Part shown: positions 61,781 to 64,000 of the stretch, piece after piece
Numbering within the stretch: position 1 is the stretch's first letter
Layout: each line of letters begins with the position of its first letter
Assembly: GCA_963677435.1 (NCBI GenBank)
Contig: OY781945.1
Span: 832,001-896,000 of the forward strand
Source of the DNA: an uncultured Aliarcobacter sp.
GTDB taxonomy: Bacteria; Campylobacterota; Campylobacteria; Campylobacterales; Arcobacteraceae
Direction: 5' to 3'
DNA: 64,000 bases
The notes under the pieces: generated by a model
Databases searched by the model: none
Told to the model about the DNA's origin: nothing
The model's input: only the letters and a program-made list of their open reading frames with translations
Position numbers and translations under genes: made by a program

Positions 61781-62491
61781 CTATTTTTTTATTGCTATAA
61801 ATGTTGCAAAATTCACCCATTTGAAAATAGTTTCACAATGGGAAAATCCAGCATCTAATATCATTTTTTTATTTTCTTCTTCTGTATATGGAATTAGTAC
61901 ATTTTCTAAAGCTTCTCTTTTTTGAGATATCTCAAATTCACTATAACCTTGAGTCTTTTTGAACTCATAATATTCATCAATAGATTGTTTATTTAGTGTT
62001 GAATTTGAAGAGATAACTTTTTCACTAAAGATAAAAATACCTTTTTCTTCTAGTGAATCATATATTTTTTTTACTAACTTTTCTCTTTGAAGTGGTCTGA
62101 TAAATTGTAAAGTGTAGTTTGAAAGAATCAGTTTTGCATTTTCATAGTTTACATCATGTAAATCAGCATTTATAAAATCTATATCAACTCCAAAAGCTTT
62201 TGCTTTTTTTGCTGCACGGTTTAACATGGCACTAGAGTTATCTATACCAATTAACTTTAAATTATGACTACAATGTTTGCTAAGTTCAATCAAAGTTGAA
62301 GCTGTTGAGCATCCTAAGTCATAAACTTTGTCATTTTCATTTAAAAAATTGCAAGCAAAATCTATTGATAATCTTTGCATCTCTTTGTAAAAAGGAACTG
62401 ACCTGTTTAACATATCGTCAAATACTGATGCTACTTCTTCATCAAATTCAAACTGTTTGGTAATTGATTTATTAAATACTTTATCTATCAT
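61781..62491 (-). CDS. cmoA: Carboxy-S-adenosyl-L-methionine synthase
   Basis: [45 protein letters not shown]. Confidence 0.95.
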   Translation of the reverse strand: MIDKVFNKSITKQFEFDEEVASVFDDMLNRSVPFYKEMQRLSIDFACNFLNENDKVYDLGCSTASTLIELSKHCSHNLKLIGIDNSSAMLNRAAKKAKAFGVDIDFINADLHDVNYENAKLILSNYTLQFIRPLQREKLVKKIYDSLEEKGIFIFSEKVISSNSTLNKQSIDEYYEFKKTQGYSEFEISQKREALENVLIPYTEEENKKMILDAGFSHCETIFKWVNFATFIAIKK

Positions 62492-62515
62492 TCTAATATT
62501 TTAGCTAAATGCATA

Positions 62516-63367
62516 TTAATAAATATTAATAAAGTAATTTTTTGCAGATTCTATGTCATTTAGTATCTGATTTTTTAAATCTTCAAAGCCATTAAACTTT
62601 TGATTGTCTCTAATTTTTTTAATAAATTTTATTTGAGTTGTGTAGTTACTGTTTTTTATATTTTCATTTAAAATATGAGTTTCTACAGCATAACTTCCAT
62701 CTGTTGTAACTCTATGTCCTAAAAAAGTGATAGAGTTATACTCTTTTTCATCTAAGATAGTTTTTGTAATATAAACTCCTTCTTTTGGAAGTAAAAACTC
62801 ATCAACTTTTAGATTTATTGTTGGAACAAAACTTTTAGAACCTAATCCTTGGCCTTTTATTTGGTGGCCATAGATTTTGTACTCTTTTCCTAAAAGTTTA
62901 TTTGCTGTTTGTATATCACCATCTTTTAGATATTCTCTTATAATTCTTGAATGAACAGCTATATTATCTAGTTTTATTTCATCTATAATTTTTACAACTC
63001 CTGTAAAAAGTTCTTGTAATTTATCTGTGCAATATTTTCTATTTTTACCAAAACAAAAATCATAACCAACTACTATTTTTTTTAGATTTGGAAACTCTTC
63101 TTTTAAAAGTTTTATAAATTGGTCACCCTCAAGATGTTTTATGTTATCAAGTACATAATAATAAATAGGATAAATGCTGTACTCTTGTCTATATATTTTA
63201 GGTGTTAAGTTTGCATAACCTGATTCTATTGATACAATTGCACCATGTTCATCCAAATTTTTGAAAAGTTCTTGGTGCGCAACATGCATACCATCAAATC
63301 CTCCAATTGCAATTGAAGTGATTGTACTTTTATTTACTAAAGTAGAAGAGTTCTTCTTCATTTCCAT
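62516..63367 (-). CDS. ribF: Bifunctional riboflavin kinase/FAD synthetase
   Basis: IGGFDGMH..H, VGYDF.FG, G.GLG...PTIN, GVY, ETH. Confidence 0.95.
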   Translation of the reverse strand: MEMKKNSSTLVNKSTITSIAIGGFDGMHVAHQELFKNLDEHGAIVSIESGYANLTPKIYRQEYSIYPIYYYVLDNIKHLEGDQFIKLLKEEFPNLKKIVVGYDFCFGKNRKYCTDKLQELFTGVVKIIDEIKLDNIAVHSRIIREYLKDGDIQTANKLLGKEYKIYGHQIKGQGLGSKSFVPTINLKVDEFLLPKEGVYITKTILDEKEYNSITFLGHRVTTDGSYAVETHILNENIKNSNYTTQIKFIKKIRDNQKFNGFEDLKNQILNDIESAKNYFINIY

Positions 63368-63998
63368 CTTTTCCTTGTAATTTACTCATTGATGAATAAT
63401 TTAATTTCCAATTTAATGCAAAAGTATAATCTACAAATTTTTCTCTTGCTTTTATAATCGCATTTTTATCTTTTACTACACCTTTTTTATCCCTTTTTAC
63501 CTTTGTTCCTACTTCAAACTGAGGTTTAAAAAGAATAATTATATCTTTTGAAGCTAAACGATTTATATCTTCAATGATATATAAAATAGAGATAAATGAA
63601 ACATCACAAGTTACAATTTCAAAAATTTCTTCACTTTTGAAGTTTCTAATATCTGTATTTTCAAAAAATGATATTCTCTTATCATCTTTTATTCTTTGGT
63701 GCAATTGGTTTGAACCAACATCAACACAAGTAACTTTTTTTACTTCATTTTCAAGTAAAATTTGCGTAAATCCACCAGTACTGCTTCCAATATCTAGAGT
63801 ATTTTTATCTTTTAAATTAAAATGTTTTAATTCTTGTAAAAAAAATTTCAGTTTGTAAGCTGCTCTTGACACATAAAAATCCTCTTCTAAGAGTTCAATT
63901 TTGTGAAATTCTTCAACATTAAAAGATGGTTTTGTTATAATTGCGCCATCACATTTAACTTTGCTTGATTTTATTAGTTCATTTGCCTTGTTTCGGCT
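63330..63998 (-). CDS. tlyA: TlyA-family rRNA 2'-O-methyltransferase (5' end lies beyond the window)
   Basis: Frame stays open to the window edge (SRNKANELIK.. S4 domain); YVSRAAYKL, DIGSSTGGFT, DVSFIS, KPQFE. Confidence 0.93.
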   Translation of the reverse strand, partial: SRNKANELIKSSKVKCDGAIITKPSFNVEEFHKIELLEEDFYVSRAAYKLKFFLQELKHFNLKDKNTLDIGSSTGGFTQILLENEVKKVTCVDVGSNQLHQRIKDDKRISFFENTDIRNFKSEEIFEIVTCDVSFISILYIIEDINRLASKDIIILFKPQFEVGTKVKRDKKGVVKDKNAIIKAREKFVDYTFALNWKLNYSSMSKLQGKDGNEEELFYFSK

Positions 63999-64000
63999 TT

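Overview
AT-rich chromosomal window from an Arcobacteraceae (Campylobacterota) bacterium; the 16S V1 helix (GAGAACGGATTATAGCTTGCTATAATTGTCAGC) and gene content point to Arcobacter sensu lato. In order: (1) a ~21 kb flagellar cluster from flgE (partial) to flhA, with two large TPR proteins, several unknown small proteins and a stator carrying PomAB/Na+-type signatures; (2) a tightly coupled five-gene tail (membrane-fusion-like protein, compact molybdopterin enzyme, MFS, small protein, flavin reductase); (3) mscL with a C-terminal 4-Cys ribbon, a FAH-like unknown and class I fumarase; (4) a four-gene operon of CitE/Mcl-family lyase, acyl-CoA ligase fused to a degenerate CitE domain, mesaconyl-CoA hydratase and a second CitE-family enzyme, which is the best candidate for an undescribed C5-dicarboxylate/glyoxylate (citramalate-cycle-like) pathway; (5) bioD, a MoxR/Bat operon, clpS-clpA and a lipoprotein cytochrome c; (6) a complete rRNA operon (16S-Ile-Ala-23S-5S) followed by an atypical tRNA-Thr(GGT); (7) a two-gene module of a 1661-aa pseudokinase-STAND ATPase-GAF-diguanylate cyclase and a secreted single-haem protein; (8) housekeeping genes yihY-like, glcD, pgbA-like, bcp, cmoA, ribF and partial tlyA. 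No CRISPR array, transposase, integrase or prophage gene was seen. All calls come from motif recognition by eye; no database searches were run.
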